Shown: positions 1 through 10,474, counted from the stretch's first letter. The stretch is DNA of 64,000 nt from Microcoleaceae cyanobacterium (GCA_051652765.1 JBOFUV010000052.1:32001-96000); one strand, 5' to 3'. Numbers and translations: made by a program. The notes: generated by a model from the letters alone, not told the origin.

Positions 1-265
1 ATCTTCTGGTCTGAGGTTACCCAGAGTACAATTCTTAGTAAGGGAAAAAAGAATGCTCAGACCAAAAAGTTAAGTCTGGCATTAAGGGAATCGATCCCCA
101 CTAAAAAGCTTTTAATTCTAGATTGTTTTAGCTGATCGAAACCCGTGACTTGAGTTCTCTAGGGTTAGGAACTGTAGGCTTAAGAACTGTAGGTTTGAAT
201 GTGAGGCAGTCTACCCTTCTAAGCTGTTTTGCTGTTCCTTGAAGTCAGTTTCAGGAGTTATTACA

Positions 266-817
266 ATGTTTAAGAAAATTTTAGTGGCGCTAGATTTATC
301 AAGCATTAGTCAAGAGGTCTTCAAGCAAGCTCTTTCTATTGCAAAAGCAATGGATGCGAGGCTCATGCTCTTGCATATTCTATCGGGTGAGGAACAGGGA
401 GTGCCTTCCTTGGAGGGAATGGCTAGTGTCGGTTACTACTATGGATCACTGAGGTTAGAAACCTTAAAATATTATCAGGAACGCTGGCAAACCTATATCG
501 ACTACAGCTTAGAACAGCTTAAATCTTTTGTTGAAGCGGCTTCAGAGGTAGGGGTAATTGCAGAATTCACTCAAACTCCCGGCAGACCAAGCCGAGCGAT
601 TTGTGACCAAGCTCAAAACTGGAATGCCGATTTAATCCTAGTGGGAAGACGGGGATATTCAGGCTTGAGTGAGCTGTTGTTGGGCAGTGTCAGTAGCTAT
701 GTCACTCACCATGCTGCTTGTTCTGTCTTAGTTGTTCAACTGACCTCACACCAAGATCAGAAGATTCAAGCTGAAAAAGTAGAAGCCTTAGCAAGCTCTC
801 CATCAAGTTCTACCTAG
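266..817 (+). CDS. Universal stress protein (UspA family)
   Basis: MFKKILVALD start and DLILVGRRG..LLLGSVSSYVTHHAACSVLVV Usp motif; AGGAG RBS at 253-257 favours ATG at 266. Confidence 0.92.
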   Translation: MFKKILVALDLSSISQEVFKQALSIAKAMDARLMLLHILSGEEQGVPSLEGMASVGYYYGSLRLETLKYYQERWQTYIDYSLEQLKSFVEAASEVGVIAEFTQTPGRPSRAICDQAQNWNADLILVGRRGYSGLSELLLGSVSSYVTHHAACSVLVVQLTSHQDQKIQAEKVEALASSPSSST

Positions 818-877
818 GTCAAGGAATCAATCCTCAAACGTTGCCAGGAATACTGAACATAAGCCAAATATAAAATA

Positions 878-957
878 TCCACTACTCTGAAGTTGGAGGC
901 TGCTAGCCAGAAAAGTGATACATTTTCTGCTAAGGCAGTTTCCTTAAGAGTAGTGGA
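878..957. terminator. Long imperfect hairpin between convergent genes, likely bidirectional terminator
   Basis: TCCACTACTCT (878-888) pairs with AGAGTAGTGGA (947-957); inner CAGAAAA/TTTTCTG stem. Confidence 0.55.
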
Positions 958-1013
958 AGTTTTGTAGACAAGGACAGTTATTTAGAGCAGAAATTCAACC
1001 ACAAAACAATATC

Positions 1014-4000
1014 CTAGGAATTAGGATACAGTCGAGCGACTGAAAGCGTAATCTCCCCCAAGTTGTCCTCCTTGTAAGTATCAATAAAGAAGGCATAAAG
1101 GGTCGTGGTTTCCAACACCTTCAAAGTCAATGCTTCACTGTATCCATTTAAGCTTGACCAAGTTCCAGGGACAGGCATATTAGTTTTCTGGTTCATCACT
1201 CTTCCCCCATTAATCCAGAGTAAAACCACGGGCTCCCCAGAATAACGTTGACTCGAACCGTAACTAAATTTACCTGCCTTGATCCGTAATAAGTAAATGC
1301 CGGGTTCCAAGGTTTTAGCAACTGCAGTTTCCTGGAGTTCTCGGACTTGCTCTGGGCTCAAGACGTAGCAATTGTTCTGGCTATTGACCGTGAGATGCTC
1401 GATCTTACATCCTTCCCGTTGGGTTGCTTGCTCAATGGGATAAGAACGAGCCGTAGTAGCCTGCTCTGCTGGACGAGACCAAACACTTCCAGGGATTGTT
1501 GCCCCTGTCGCTGCCCCTGTTGCCGCTCCTGCCAAGCCCATTCTATCCAGTTGAGTAGTCCCCGAAACACCAGGTTCTGAGAGACTAGACTCTGAGAGAT
1601 TAAGCCCTAAGAGATTAGGGTCTGAGAGGTCACCTGTAGGAGGCAGTCGCATAGACTTAGAATAAGCAAGCTGCACCCACTGGCTGTCTGGAGAGAGGTA
1701 ACCAATTTCTGCAATGTAGTCGCGATCGCTCACCGGGACTGGCACCGTGATTTCTTGCACCACCTCATCACAGTCATAGTAATAAATACTGTGGGCAGGT
1801 TGGGTTTCAGGGTCAATGCCCGTAATATCATGAACCCGCAGTTGAAACTGTTGTTCGGCTTGTGTTTTGGCCTGCTCCCGTTCACTGGCAGGCACCATCC
1901 AGGAAACTGACATCAGATCCGGATCTGCTGCAGAAGACTGTGAGTCAATAATTCTCACTTGGCTTTGGGTTGACAGAGAAGCAGAACCCAGAGGGGCGAT
2001 CGCCGCCATCACTGCTGCGTTCGTATTCAGAGGAACTGTTGCGGGAGGAAAATCAGGGCTCCATGAGACTGCTGGAGACAACTCTGGAACCCGAACCGAA
2101 TTGGAGCGAGCTAGAGGCATCCACTCATGTTCAATCGTGGTGTAGCCAATTTCTGAAATGTAATAGTGATCCAGATGGGGAACCGGAACTTGCCATTCTT
2201 GATCCACATCATCATTGAATTCATCACAGTCATAGACCTGAACACTGTTGGGGGCCTGGATATCAACATCAACATGGTCGATATCATAAACCCGCAACTG
2301 CAACTGCTGGCCGCCCTGCTGTTTGGCTGCATCTCGCTGAGATTGAGGGAGATGCCAACGGGCGCAAACACTCTGCTCATCCTGGGTTTGCAAAGTCATC
2401 CGACAATCAGACTCGATCAATTCATGCTTGAGCAAGAAAGCGTCTGTGGTCGCCCCAACGAGCCCCGTATCGATAGCCGCTCCAACTAAAGTGCCTGGTT
2501 CAGTTCCAGTTATTGTTCCTGAACCAGTTATTGTTCCTGAAGTTGTTCCTGAAGTTGCTCCTGAAGCTGCTGAACCAATGATGCCTGAACCCACAATACC
2601 TGCACCCACAATACCTGCACCAATTGCAGCTCCGCCCAAGGCTCCCCCTGGAATACCTGGGCCTGATTCTACAGATGAAATCTGTGGATCTACAGCCTCC
2701 GTTGGGCCGGTGATACCTGAAAGAACTCGCATTGAATTAGAACGAGCCAAAGGTAACCAAGTTCCATCTTCCGCTAAGTAACCAATTTCGGCTAGATAGT
2801 CTCGCTCTGGATTTGCAACTGTAATTTGCCCTTCTCGATCCAAGACATCGCAATCATAGGACTCCATATAGTGGGCGGGCTGGGTGTCAAAGTCAATTTC
2901 AGTGACATCATAAACTCGCAATTGGAAATCACGGCCACCATAGTCTCTAGCTGCCAATTTATCTGCGTCTGCCGCCGTCCAATAAGCATTGACTGTTTGG
3001 CCCTTACCAGGAGAAAGGTTCAGACGGCTATTGCGATCGCGCAAGGCCCAAGTGGCCAACCCAGCCGCTCCCGCTATCCCGGCCAAACCAGCCGTTCCTA
3101 CCAGTCCAGAATTGATCGTAGGAATGCCAGAATTGACTCCGGACGTTGAGGAGAAACCACCATCTGAAATCCCGGCAGAGGTCTCAATGGGTAATTCCCC
3201 AGTAGGTAAGTCCTCAAGGGGCAAGTCCGCAACAGGTAATTCCTCAACCGTTGGAGTAACAGCAAACTCGGGAGGAAGGGCAGTTTCCGCCTGAGTCGTG
3301 ACAGTGGCATTATCTGTTGGGGCCACTCTTGGTGCTGGTGGAATGATTTGATCTGTTGTTCGGGGTTCAGGGCGAGCCGGAGGAACAGGTCTAGCCTCGA
3401 CGGGTTCTTCATCCTGGCCCCGCAGCAACCACCACAGTCCTGCTCCTAACACAGGCAGTCCCAACAACCACAGTAGCCACCAGGGAAAATTACTCCTAGC
3501 ACTATTGACTTCACGAGTTTGGGTAGTGGTTGCCTGGGAGGTCTCCGCTGTTCCTGTTGAATCTGGCACGGCTTCAGGGGGAGTTACAACCTCTGGAGAA
3601 GCAGCAGGGGTAGTCACAGCCTGTGGAGGAGATGATTCTGCCTTCGGAGAAGGAGAGGAAGTTGGTTGGGGGGCTGGCTTTGGAGCAGTGGCCGCAGCAG
3701 CAACACTAGCTGCAGTTGCGGTTTTAATCGCTGTTTTTCCAGCATCCGAGGTCATCACCCCCAGAAAAGCCAGGGTTTCTGGAGTTGCTTTGTCCTTGTG
3801 GTAGACATAGCCGCGATATTGAGAATAGGGATAGCGCGGATCATCCGGTAGGGTCTTGTGCATGGCGATAATCCGGACGTTATTTTGATCCAGGACTTGA
3901 TCGGCGATCGCATAGCCAATGCCATCCTTCCCCAAGGCTTTAATCACAGCATCGGTTTCATCTTCATTCACCCGAGTTGTGGTAGAGCCCGACCTGAAGG

Positions 4001-4628
4001 GAGTTCCTTCAAAGACTTTGTAGCCACCCAGGGCCCGTCGAGTATCGCTGGATTCAGGACGATCGACAAAGTTAACCTTGGCAGACTCTCCGCCAACTTC
4101 TGACCAGTTGGTGATCTCACCTCGAAACATTTTGGCAAATTGTTCGAAGGAAACATTGCCCTTGAAGGGATTTTCAGGACTCACAATCACGGCGATTTTT
4201 CCCCGGTCAATCGGAACTTCAACGAGTCCTTGAGCTTTTTGGGCATCAGTCAGGGGACGACCAACGGCAGCAATATCAATATCTCCTTTGAGCAGAGCAT
4301 TGATGGCTTTTTGGCTATCTTGGGTTGTGGCTTCCACCTGAGCGCTGGGAAACTTTTCGGTAAACTGCTGTCTGAGGGCCTGATTCAATACAATCATGCT
4401 GCTGGTGCCATCAATTTTGACGATGGCATTGTCAGGCAACGTGTTAGGCAGAGGAAATTTTGCAGGAGCTTCAGCTAAAGCAGGCTCAAGCCAGGAAAAT
4501 GCTTGACCTTCCATCACTTCGCCGGAGTTGAGGGGCAGCGTTATGGGGGCCGTTAGGAACTTTGGAGCGGTTGCCATCGCCAGGGCAATGGCTGCGAGGT
4601 GAAGAAAGGTTCTACTTGAACGAGACAT
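1014..4628 (-). CDS. PstS-like substrate-binding domain + TM helix + 3x DUF4912 + uncharacterised C-terminal domain
   Basis: Signal-like N-terminus; KIDGTSSM..DIAAVGRPL..IAVIVSPENP..GIGYA PBP fold; TM PWWLLWLLGLPVLGAGLWWLL; three QLRVYD..ID...QP.H....YDCDE..DY..EIGY....W..LARS repeats; ATG at 4628 preferred over TTG at 4691. Confidence 0.8.
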   Translation of the reverse strand: MSRSSRTFLHLAAIALAMATAPKFLTAPITLPLNSGEVMEGQAFSWLEPALAEAPAKFPLPNTLPDNAIVKIDGTSSMIVLNQALRQQFTEKFPSAQVEATTQDSQKAINALLKGDIDIAAVGRPLTDAQKAQGLVEVPIDRGKIAVIVSPENPFKGNVSFEQFAKMFRGEITNWSEVGGESAKVNFVDRPESSDTRRALGGYKVFEGTPFRSGSTTTRVNEDETDAVIKALGKDGIGYAIADQVLDQNNVRIIAMHKTLPDDPRYPYSQYRGYVYHKDKATPETLAFLGVMTSDAGKTAIKTATAASVAAAATAPKPAPQPTSSPSPKAESSPPQAVTTPAASPEVVTPPEAVPDSTGTAETSQATTTQTREVNSARSNFPWWLLWLLGLPVLGAGLWWLLRGQDEEPVEARPVPPARPEPRTTDQIIPPAPRVAPTDNATVTTQAETALPPEFAVTPTVEELPVADLPLEDLPTGELPIETSAGISDGGFSSTSGVNSGIPTINSGLVGTAGLAGIAGAAGLATWALRDRNSRLNLSPGKGQTVNAYWTAADADKLAARDYGGRDFQLRVYDVTEIDFDTQPAHYMESYDCDVLDREGQITVANPERDYLAEIGYLAEDGTWLPLARSNSMRVLSGITGPTEAVDPQISSVESGPGIPGGALGGAAIGAGIVGAGIVGSGIIGSAASGATSGTTSGTITGSGTITGTEPGTLVGAAIDTGLVGATTDAFLLKHELIESDCRMTLQTQDEQSVCARWHLPQSQRDAAKQQGGQQLQLRVYDIDHVDVDIQAPNSVQVYDCDEFNDDVDQEWQVPVPHLDHYYISEIGYTTIEHEWMPLARSNSVRVPELSPAVSWSPDFPPATVPLNTNAAVMAAIAPLGSASLSTQSQVRIIDSQSSAADPDLMSVSWMVPASEREQAKTQAEQQFQLRVHDITGIDPETQPAHSIYYYDCDEVVQEITVPVPVSDRDYIAEIGYLSPDSQWVQLAYSKSMRLPPTGDLSDPNLLGLNLSESSLSEPGVSGTTQLDRMGLAGAATGAATGATIPGSVWSRPAEQATTARSYPIEQATQREGCKIEHLTVNSQNNCYVLSPEQVRELQETAVAKTLEPGIYLLRIKAGKFSYGSSQRYSGEPVVLLWINGGRVMNQKTNMPVPGTWSSLNGYSEALTLKVLETTTLYAFFIDTYKEDNLGEITLSVARLYPNS
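1722..1729. repeat. HIP1 octamer GCGATCGC (example; recurs throughout the window)
   Basis: Also at 1996-2003, 3033-3040 and many other sites. Confidence 0.95.
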
Positions 4629-4725
4629 TGTTTTAAGATTTCTAGGGTGGACAAAAATCTGGATGCAAGCGAACTGAGGAGGAGGTGGCAAAGGTTTGTG
4701 ATCGGGGTTGTTCGGAGGATGCTTG

Positions 4726-5121
4726 TTAAATTTTCACTACAGAAATCGTGACTTCACCCTCGTTGTCTTCGAGATAGGTATCAAAGAAAAATGCACAGAG
4801 GTAAGCCGTTTCCAAAACCTCTAAGGTTAGGGTGTCATCTTCCCCATTTAAAGTTGACCAGGTTGCTTCAACTTCAATATTGGTTTTTTTATTAATAAAT
4901 TTTCCGCCATAAATCCACAACATTACCAGCGGTTCACCCCAACGTTCTACGCCGTTACGATAGTTAAAAGAACCGTCACGAATTTTAACAACGTAGGTTC
5001 CGGGTTCTAAGGTACTTGAAACCGCTGTTTCATTTTGAATTTTTTGCATTGCATCAGAACCCAACACGTAGCAGTTCTGCTTGCTGTCAACTTTGAGATC
5101 AGTAATGGTGCAACCTTCCAT
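4726..5121 (-). CDS. Uncharacterised 131-aa protein, paralog of the C-terminal domain of the downstream gene
   Basis: About 69/130 identical residues (manual alignment) to the last domain of 1014..4628; GGAAGG purine-rich RBS-like sequence upstream. Confidence 0.88.
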   Translation of the reverse strand: MEGCTITDLKVDSKQNCYVLGSDAMQKIQNETAVSSTLEPGTYVVKIRDGSFNYRNGVERWGEPLVMLWIYGGKFINKKTNIEVEATWSTLNGEDDTLTLEVLETAYLCAFFFDTYLEDNEGEVTISVVKI

Positions 5122-5285
5122 ACTCGCCTTCCTTACAGGTGTACTCTATCAAGCATTTAATATACCGGACTGCATCGACCTTAGCGTATATCCGCCTCCA
5201 CTATACAAAACAATCTGCTTTGTTACACCCTAGGGTAGCTCAAAATCACGGTGAACTCTAGGGCTTTACCCAGCCATGACCAGCT

Positions 5286-7043
5286 CTAGATTTGTAAGGT
5301 GTGTAGGGTTGCAAACAGTCCCCGATTGTCGAGGAGTTGCCGGTGGGTTCCGACTTCAACAATTTGTCCTTTCTCAAGCACAATAATCCGGTCAGCCTGA
5401 CGAATGGTTGACAGCCGATGGGCCACCACAAAGGTGGTGCGATTTGTCATCAGGTGCTCTAGGGCAGCTTGAATCAAGGCTTCTGAAACGGTATCGAGGG
5501 CAGAAGTGGCTTCGTCGAGAATTAACACCCGTGGATCGCGAATCAGGGCACGGGCGATCGCGATTCGCTGTCGTTGGCCTCCGGAAAGCCGCACCCCGTT
5601 CTCGCCAATTTCCGTGTCCAGGGTATGGGGCAATTGGCAAATGAATTCCGCCGCATTGGCCTCTTGAATGGCTTGCTGAAGGCGGGCTTCACTGACGTTC
5701 TCTGACCCATATAGGATATTGTCCCGCACGGTGCCCTCAAACAAAATCGTTTCCTGGGAAACAACGGATAGAAATTGGCGATAGGTGCGTAAATCTAGGG
5801 TGTTCATATCAATGCCATCTAGGCGCATTACCCCAGCCGTTGGACGGAGAAAGCCAATGATTAAATTCAGCAAGGTTGATTTGCCTGACCCGGAAGGCCC
5901 AACGATCGCAATGGTTTCTCCAGGTTCAACCTGAAAGGAAAACTTCTGGACGGCCCACTGTTCAATCTCTGGATAGGAAAAACTGACAGATTCAAATTCA
6001 AAAGCTCCCTGCACTTCCTCAACCCGGCGTTTGCCTTCGTTGTGTTCCATATCGGGACTCTCCAACACTTCTCCAATGCTCCGCAGGGCTTCAAACCCTT
6101 TGCCAATCTGAGGCAACACAGTGAGAATTTGCACAACGGAACCGGTGAGGGAATCAAAGTATCCGGTCAATAGCACCACATCTCCGGGGGTAATGTTCCA
6201 TCTTCCGGTGTAGGCCAAAGTGGCGGAGGTGATCAAACACATCAGGTTAAAGGAGCGCAAGCTCATCCAGGCAGAGGCGTTGGCGATCGCGTTAATCGTA
6301 TCTAGCCGCACGCCCGACCGTTGTAGGGTTTTTAGTTTGGCTTCCGTGCGAATAATTTCCGTTTCTTCGGCTCCATGGGCACGGGTGACGGGAACCAACT
6401 TCAACATATCAATTAGGTAAGCCGAGGTAAGCTCCATGTGTTGGCGATAGTCCTGGTTTCTCACCCGAATTGGCCCCCGTAGCCGTCGAGTGAGGTACGC
6501 GCTCACAGGTACCGTTCCCACAAAAAACAGCAAAAACCAAGGAGCCCGCATTGCCGTTATAGTCACGGCAATGATGATCGTTAAAACCGTGGACGGCAGG
6601 AACTGAAACACATAGTTCGTCAGCATTGAGACGGATTCCACATCTCGCAATAGCTTATTTTGCAAAGCTCCAGAATTTTGCTGCTGGTGAAAGCCAATCG
6701 AGAGATATTGTAACTGGCGGGTGAGGGCAGATCGGAGGTTAAATTCCATTTGGTGAGTGGCTTCACTCAACAACCGAATGTGCAGGTAATGGGTTGGCAC
6801 ATTCTGTAAAATTGACACCGCCAAAATCGCTCCATTCCACCACAATTCTGACAGCGTGTGTTGCTCCGGACGGGCAATGATATCAATGATATTGGCAATC
6901 ACTAAGGGTCGAATCCACTCAGGACTGTGCTTGATAATGTAAAACACCACAGATAGCGCAATCCGAGGAACATCGTGGCGATAAAGTTGAATTAAAGTCC
7001 GAAACGGGCGATCGCTGCGGTAGTTCTGAACAAATTCATTCAT
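5286..7043 (-). CDS. ABC exporter, fused permease + ATPase (MsbA/HetA-like)
   Basis: TM domain, then Walker A GPSGSGKS, signature LSGGQRQR, Walker B ILDEATSALD, H-loop VAHRLSTI. Confidence 0.93.
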   Translation of the reverse strand: MNEFVQNYRSDRPFRTLIQLYRHDVPRIALSVVFYIIKHSPEWIRPLVIANIIDIIARPEQHTLSELWWNGAILAVSILQNVPTHYLHIRLLSEATHQMEFNLRSALTRQLQYLSIGFHQQQNSGALQNKLLRDVESVSMLTNYVFQFLPSTVLTIIIAVTITAMRAPWFLLFFVGTVPVSAYLTRRLRGPIRVRNQDYRQHMELTSAYLIDMLKLVPVTRAHGAEETEIIRTEAKLKTLQRSGVRLDTINAIANASAWMSLRSFNLMCLITSATLAYTGRWNITPGDVVLLTGYFDSLTGSVVQILTVLPQIGKGFEALRSIGEVLESPDMEHNEGKRRVEEVQGAFEFESVSFSYPEIEQWAVQKFSFQVEPGETIAIVGPSGSGKSTLLNLIIGFLRPTAGVMRLDGIDMNTLDLRTYRQFLSVVSQETILFEGTVRDNILYGSENVSEARLQQAIQEANAAEFICQLPHTLDTEIGENGVRLSGGQRQRIAIARALIRDPRVLILDEATSALDTVSEALIQAALEHLMTNRTTFVVAHRLSTIRQADRIIVLEKGQIVEVGTHRQLLDNRGLFATLHTLQI

Positions 7044-7241
7044 TGAGTTCGGGGGATTGAGTGGAGGACTGCACCGTTAACTCCAGAACCATAATTCTTG
7101 ATTCCTGAAACATATCGTGATCCAATTTAAGTCCAACTTTACGAGTGGGCTTGAACAATGTTCAGATATCTGCATAGGCTAAGATCTTTACTACAAGCGT
7201 TCAATCGGTCTTCATCGATTCAATGGGTTAGATGGATTAGG

Positions 7242-9326
7242 TTAAAATGGCACGTCATCATTACTACTTTTAGTCATCTTCTGCGACGGAGTAGACGGTT
7301 TGAAATTCAAGTGGGTAGTGGGGGAGTCTGAAGTGTGAACGTCACCCGATGCATCCACAATTTGCCCATCAAACATGGCAACCAGTCGTTGGGCTGCTTG
7401 AGCAACAACGTCAGCATCCGCTTGCAGTTGTGATTGTGAGTATTGTTCTGATGGGGGATCAACTTCAGGGTCTAATACCATAGACAGACTCTTCCCCTCG
7501 GGCTGTAGATTGGGGTGTAGATTGAGCTCGGGATTTTGTTCCGGCAAGGGATGCGTGTGAGAAGGTTCAACAGACTGACTGAACTGTTCTGGGGATATTG
7601 TTGGAGAAGGTTCTACCCGTTCTGAAGACTGTTCTGGAGGAGTGACAAAGCTTGGAGGACAACTTTCCCGAACCCGCTGCGTCGTGGACTTCGAGGTCAA
7701 CTTCGGGTCAGGAACATCTAGCAAAACTTTGACGGAACAGTTCAAGGCCCGTTGAAAGGCTTCTTCAACTTTGGTCGCTCGAACCATCCGAATTTTTTGC
7801 AGGTCATCAATTTCAATGTTAGCTACTTGGCCATTAAATCTCGCCAATCGACCATGCAATCGCAAAACGGTTTGAAGTGAACTAGACGCTTGAGCCAGAA
7901 CCTGTTGCCAAATAGATTCCAGGTCGTATTCCATCTCAGAGGTTAAGGTCGGGTCTAACGCTTGAACAAACTTTGATTCTGGTGTTGGCCATGGCGCAGT
8001 CACCGCAGGGTGTGAAGTCTTCACTTCAGGGGGTGAAGGAACCGTCGGCTGAAGCTGAACCTGAGGCTGAGCTTGAGGTTGAACCTTAGACTCAAGACTA
8101 GATTCAACTCCAGATTGGGACTCAAACGGTTCAGACTCTGGCTTCCCTGTCACCTGAGACCCTTGAACCCGAGAAGGTAAGGGCCGAACTGGCAACGCTT
8201 GAGGTTGAGCTGTCACTGATGAATGAACCGGAACCAGACTTGAAGGCAATAATCCCAACAACGTGACCTCTAGCCACAATCGGGGTTGAGTTGTATTTTT
8301 GATCTGTACTTCACTGCTGCGTAAATGTTGCTGACCCTTGAGCATAATTTGAGTCTCCCAAACCTGGGAAAAGTCACACAATTCCTTCCAAGTGGGTGGA
8401 GTCAGTCTGACTAAATCTCCTCGACTGGGAGCCGTTTTTGCAATCAGTAAATCCCGATAAAACTCTGCTAAGTTTTGCAGCAGAACAATCGGTTCTCGAC
8501 CGCGATCCAAGAGTTGACGAGTACAGTCCAAAACCGCCGTAGGGTTTTCGCTGGCGATCACTCTCAATAATTCCATCAAGTCTCGTTCTGGAATGATTCC
8601 CACCAAATCCCAAACTTTTTCTACGGTAACTTCTTCCTCAAACAGACTCAATTGATCTAATAAACTTTCGGCATCTCGCAATCCTCCCTGGGCAATTTGA
8701 GCGACCATTTGAATGGCTTCAGGGGTAATTCTAATCGTTTCTTTCTGAGCAATATCCTGTAAATGATTGATCATTGGATTCAGGGGAATTCGACAGAAAT
8801 CAAACTTTTGACAGCGAGAAATAATAGTCGGTAAAACCCGTTGTAAATCAGTGGTTGCCAGGACAAAAACAATCCGATCAGGGGGCTCCTCCAAGGTTTT
8901 TAAGAGAGCATTAAAAGCTGCCGTACTCAGCATGTGACATTCGTCAATCACATACACTTTATATCGACATTGAACAGGGGCAAATTGAGCGCGTTCAATC
9001 AGATCTCGAATGTTGTCTACCCCTGTATTGCTCGCAGCATCAATTTCAATCACATCCAGGGCCGAACCGTTGACAATCCCTCGGCAGACTTCGCACTCGC
9101 CGCAGGGGTATTCCGTGGGGCGATCGCTCTTGAGGCAGTTTAGAGACTTTGCCAAGATCCGGGCACTGGAGGTTTTTCCCGTTCCCCGTGGCCCAGTGAA
9201 CAAATAGGCTGGGGCAATCCGATTGGTGTTCAAAGCGCTGATCAATGTTGCGGCGATCGCGTCTTGACCGACAAGTTGTGCAAAGGTTTGGGGGCGATAC
9301 TTGTGATGGAGAGGTTCGTAGGCCAC
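7242..9326 (-). CDS. dnaX: DNA polymerase III subunit gamma/tau
   Basis: YEPLHHKYRPQTF, GPRGTGKTS, zinc-binding Cys cluster, EIDAASNTGVD, DECHML, SRCQ; C-terminal DDVPF. Confidence 0.97.
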   Translation of the reverse strand: MAYEPLHHKYRPQTFAQLVGQDAIAATLISALNTNRIAPAYLFTGPRGTGKTSSARILAKSLNCLKSDRPTEYPCGECEVCRGIVNGSALDVIEIDAASNTGVDNIRDLIERAQFAPVQCRYKVYVIDECHMLSTAAFNALLKTLEEPPDRIVFVLATTDLQRVLPTIISRCQKFDFCRIPLNPMINHLQDIAQKETIRITPEAIQMVAQIAQGGLRDAESLLDQLSLFEEEVTVEKVWDLVGIIPERDLMELLRVIASENPTAVLDCTRQLLDRGREPIVLLQNLAEFYRDLLIAKTAPSRGDLVRLTPPTWKELCDFSQVWETQIMLKGQQHLRSSEVQIKNTTQPRLWLEVTLLGLLPSSLVPVHSSVTAQPQALPVRPLPSRVQGSQVTGKPESEPFESQSGVESSLESKVQPQAQPQVQLQPTVPSPPEVKTSHPAVTAPWPTPESKFVQALDPTLTSEMEYDLESIWQQVLAQASSSLQTVLRLHGRLARFNGQVANIEIDDLQKIRMVRATKVEEAFQRALNCSVKVLLDVPDPKLTSKSTTQRVRESCPPSFVTPPEQSSERVEPSPTISPEQFSQSVEPSHTHPLPEQNPELNLHPNLQPEGKSLSMVLDPEVDPPSEQYSQSQLQADADVVAQAAQRLVAMFDGQIVDASGDVHTSDSPTTHLNFKPSTPSQKMTKSSNDDVPF

Positions 9327-9634
9327 AGTTCAGATCGGCTTTGGACAACGAATCTATGATAGCGTAGTTAGAAGTCTGTTCTGACCTTGGCTAAGGGCTT
9401 GAGCCCCCTGTGAATCTTGAAACCAAGACTGAAATTGGGAAAATCAAGTCAAATCTCTGGAAAGGTCAGATTACAATAAACTTGAGACAAAGCTAGAATT
9501 CATCTAGGTCGATAGATTGATTTGATAGATTGAGTTAGGTTACTTGGCTTGGGCCAGGATAGAAATAGTTCACTCCCCTTGAGTTTGATCTCCAGAACCC
9601 GGTACGATCTGCCGTTTTTTTTCAGTGAAGGCTT

Positions 9635-10474
9635 ATGGCTGTCCCCATATTCTTGACAGAACCCCAACTTGCCCAAACCCCTACCAGTCCAAGCTTGGGG
9701 CTACCGAAGTCTCTCCCTCCTGAGACCATTTGGATGGGCGCGTCAGGGCTGTTATTGCTGTTGCTCCTTCTATCTTCCCTGCTCTTTAATGCTAAGAGTC
9801 AGAAAATGACTAAAGAGCTAAAGAAAGAAGTCTTTAGAAACAAAGAGTTAGAAAAAAAATATAAACTTGCCCTCTCCACGATTTCAAAAATGGAGAAGAA
9901 TCCTGATTTAATTCACTCTCGGGATTTCAACTTAGATTATCTCAGAATGCGAATGGCAGAGGATGTTTTCCATTACGCAATTCTGGTGCAGATCAAAATG
10001 AAAGTAAAACAACAAATTGCTCTAGCCCTTCGACCCAAGCAAGTTGCCGTTGGAGAGGAACCTACTGCTGGAACGGCTCGCCAAGTTGACTCGACGTTTG
10101 ATGTAGAGTATGAAACTGGGGAAGGATCAATCACAAAGAAGCGAGTTTTATTTCGCATCCAGATTCGGTTGATGAGGTTGCCAACGCAATCAACCTCGAA
10201 GACAATTGATCAGATTATTGACTGTCTCGAAACCTATCTCAGCCCTTCAGAAGATCATGACACCTGGCAACCCACCATTCAGGGAAGATTAGCCAGTATT
10301 AAGTGGGATCAAAAAGCCAAACCAACGCCCATGTTAGTTCTAGAGCAATCCAATGAGGGGATGAATGTGACGTTAAAAGTCACTCGTCAAACGCCGGGTA
10401 CTGATCTGATTGATCCAAAAGACATACCGTCTGGACAAGCTAAACCCCACAACCCAGGCAAGACTCACGGCTGA
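9635..10474 (+). CDS. Hypothetical single-TM membrane protein
   Basis: 279-aa ORF with Leu-rich TM segment then Lys-rich helix; 3' end overlaps convergent yidD by 10 nt. Confidence 0.75.
   Translation: MAVPIFLTEPQLAQTPTSPSLGLPKSLPPETIWMGASGLLLLLLLLSSLLFNAKSQKMTKELKKEVFRNKELEKKYKLALSTISKMEKNPDLIHSRDFNLDYLRMRMAEDVFHYAILVQIKMKVKQQIALALRPKQVAVGEEPTAGTARQVDSTFDVEYETGEGSITKKRVLFRIQIRLMRLPTQSTSKTIDQIIDCLETYLSPSEDHDTWQPTIQGRLASIKWDQKAKPTPMLVLEQSNEGMNVTLKVTRQTPGTDLIDPKDIPSGQAKPHNPGKTHG

Noticed and set aside
8925..8955. Intein in dnaX, as known in Synechocystis
   Set aside because: VIDECHMLS is continuous and the N-terminal domain is normal length; the extra length is Pro/Gln/Ser-rich linker.
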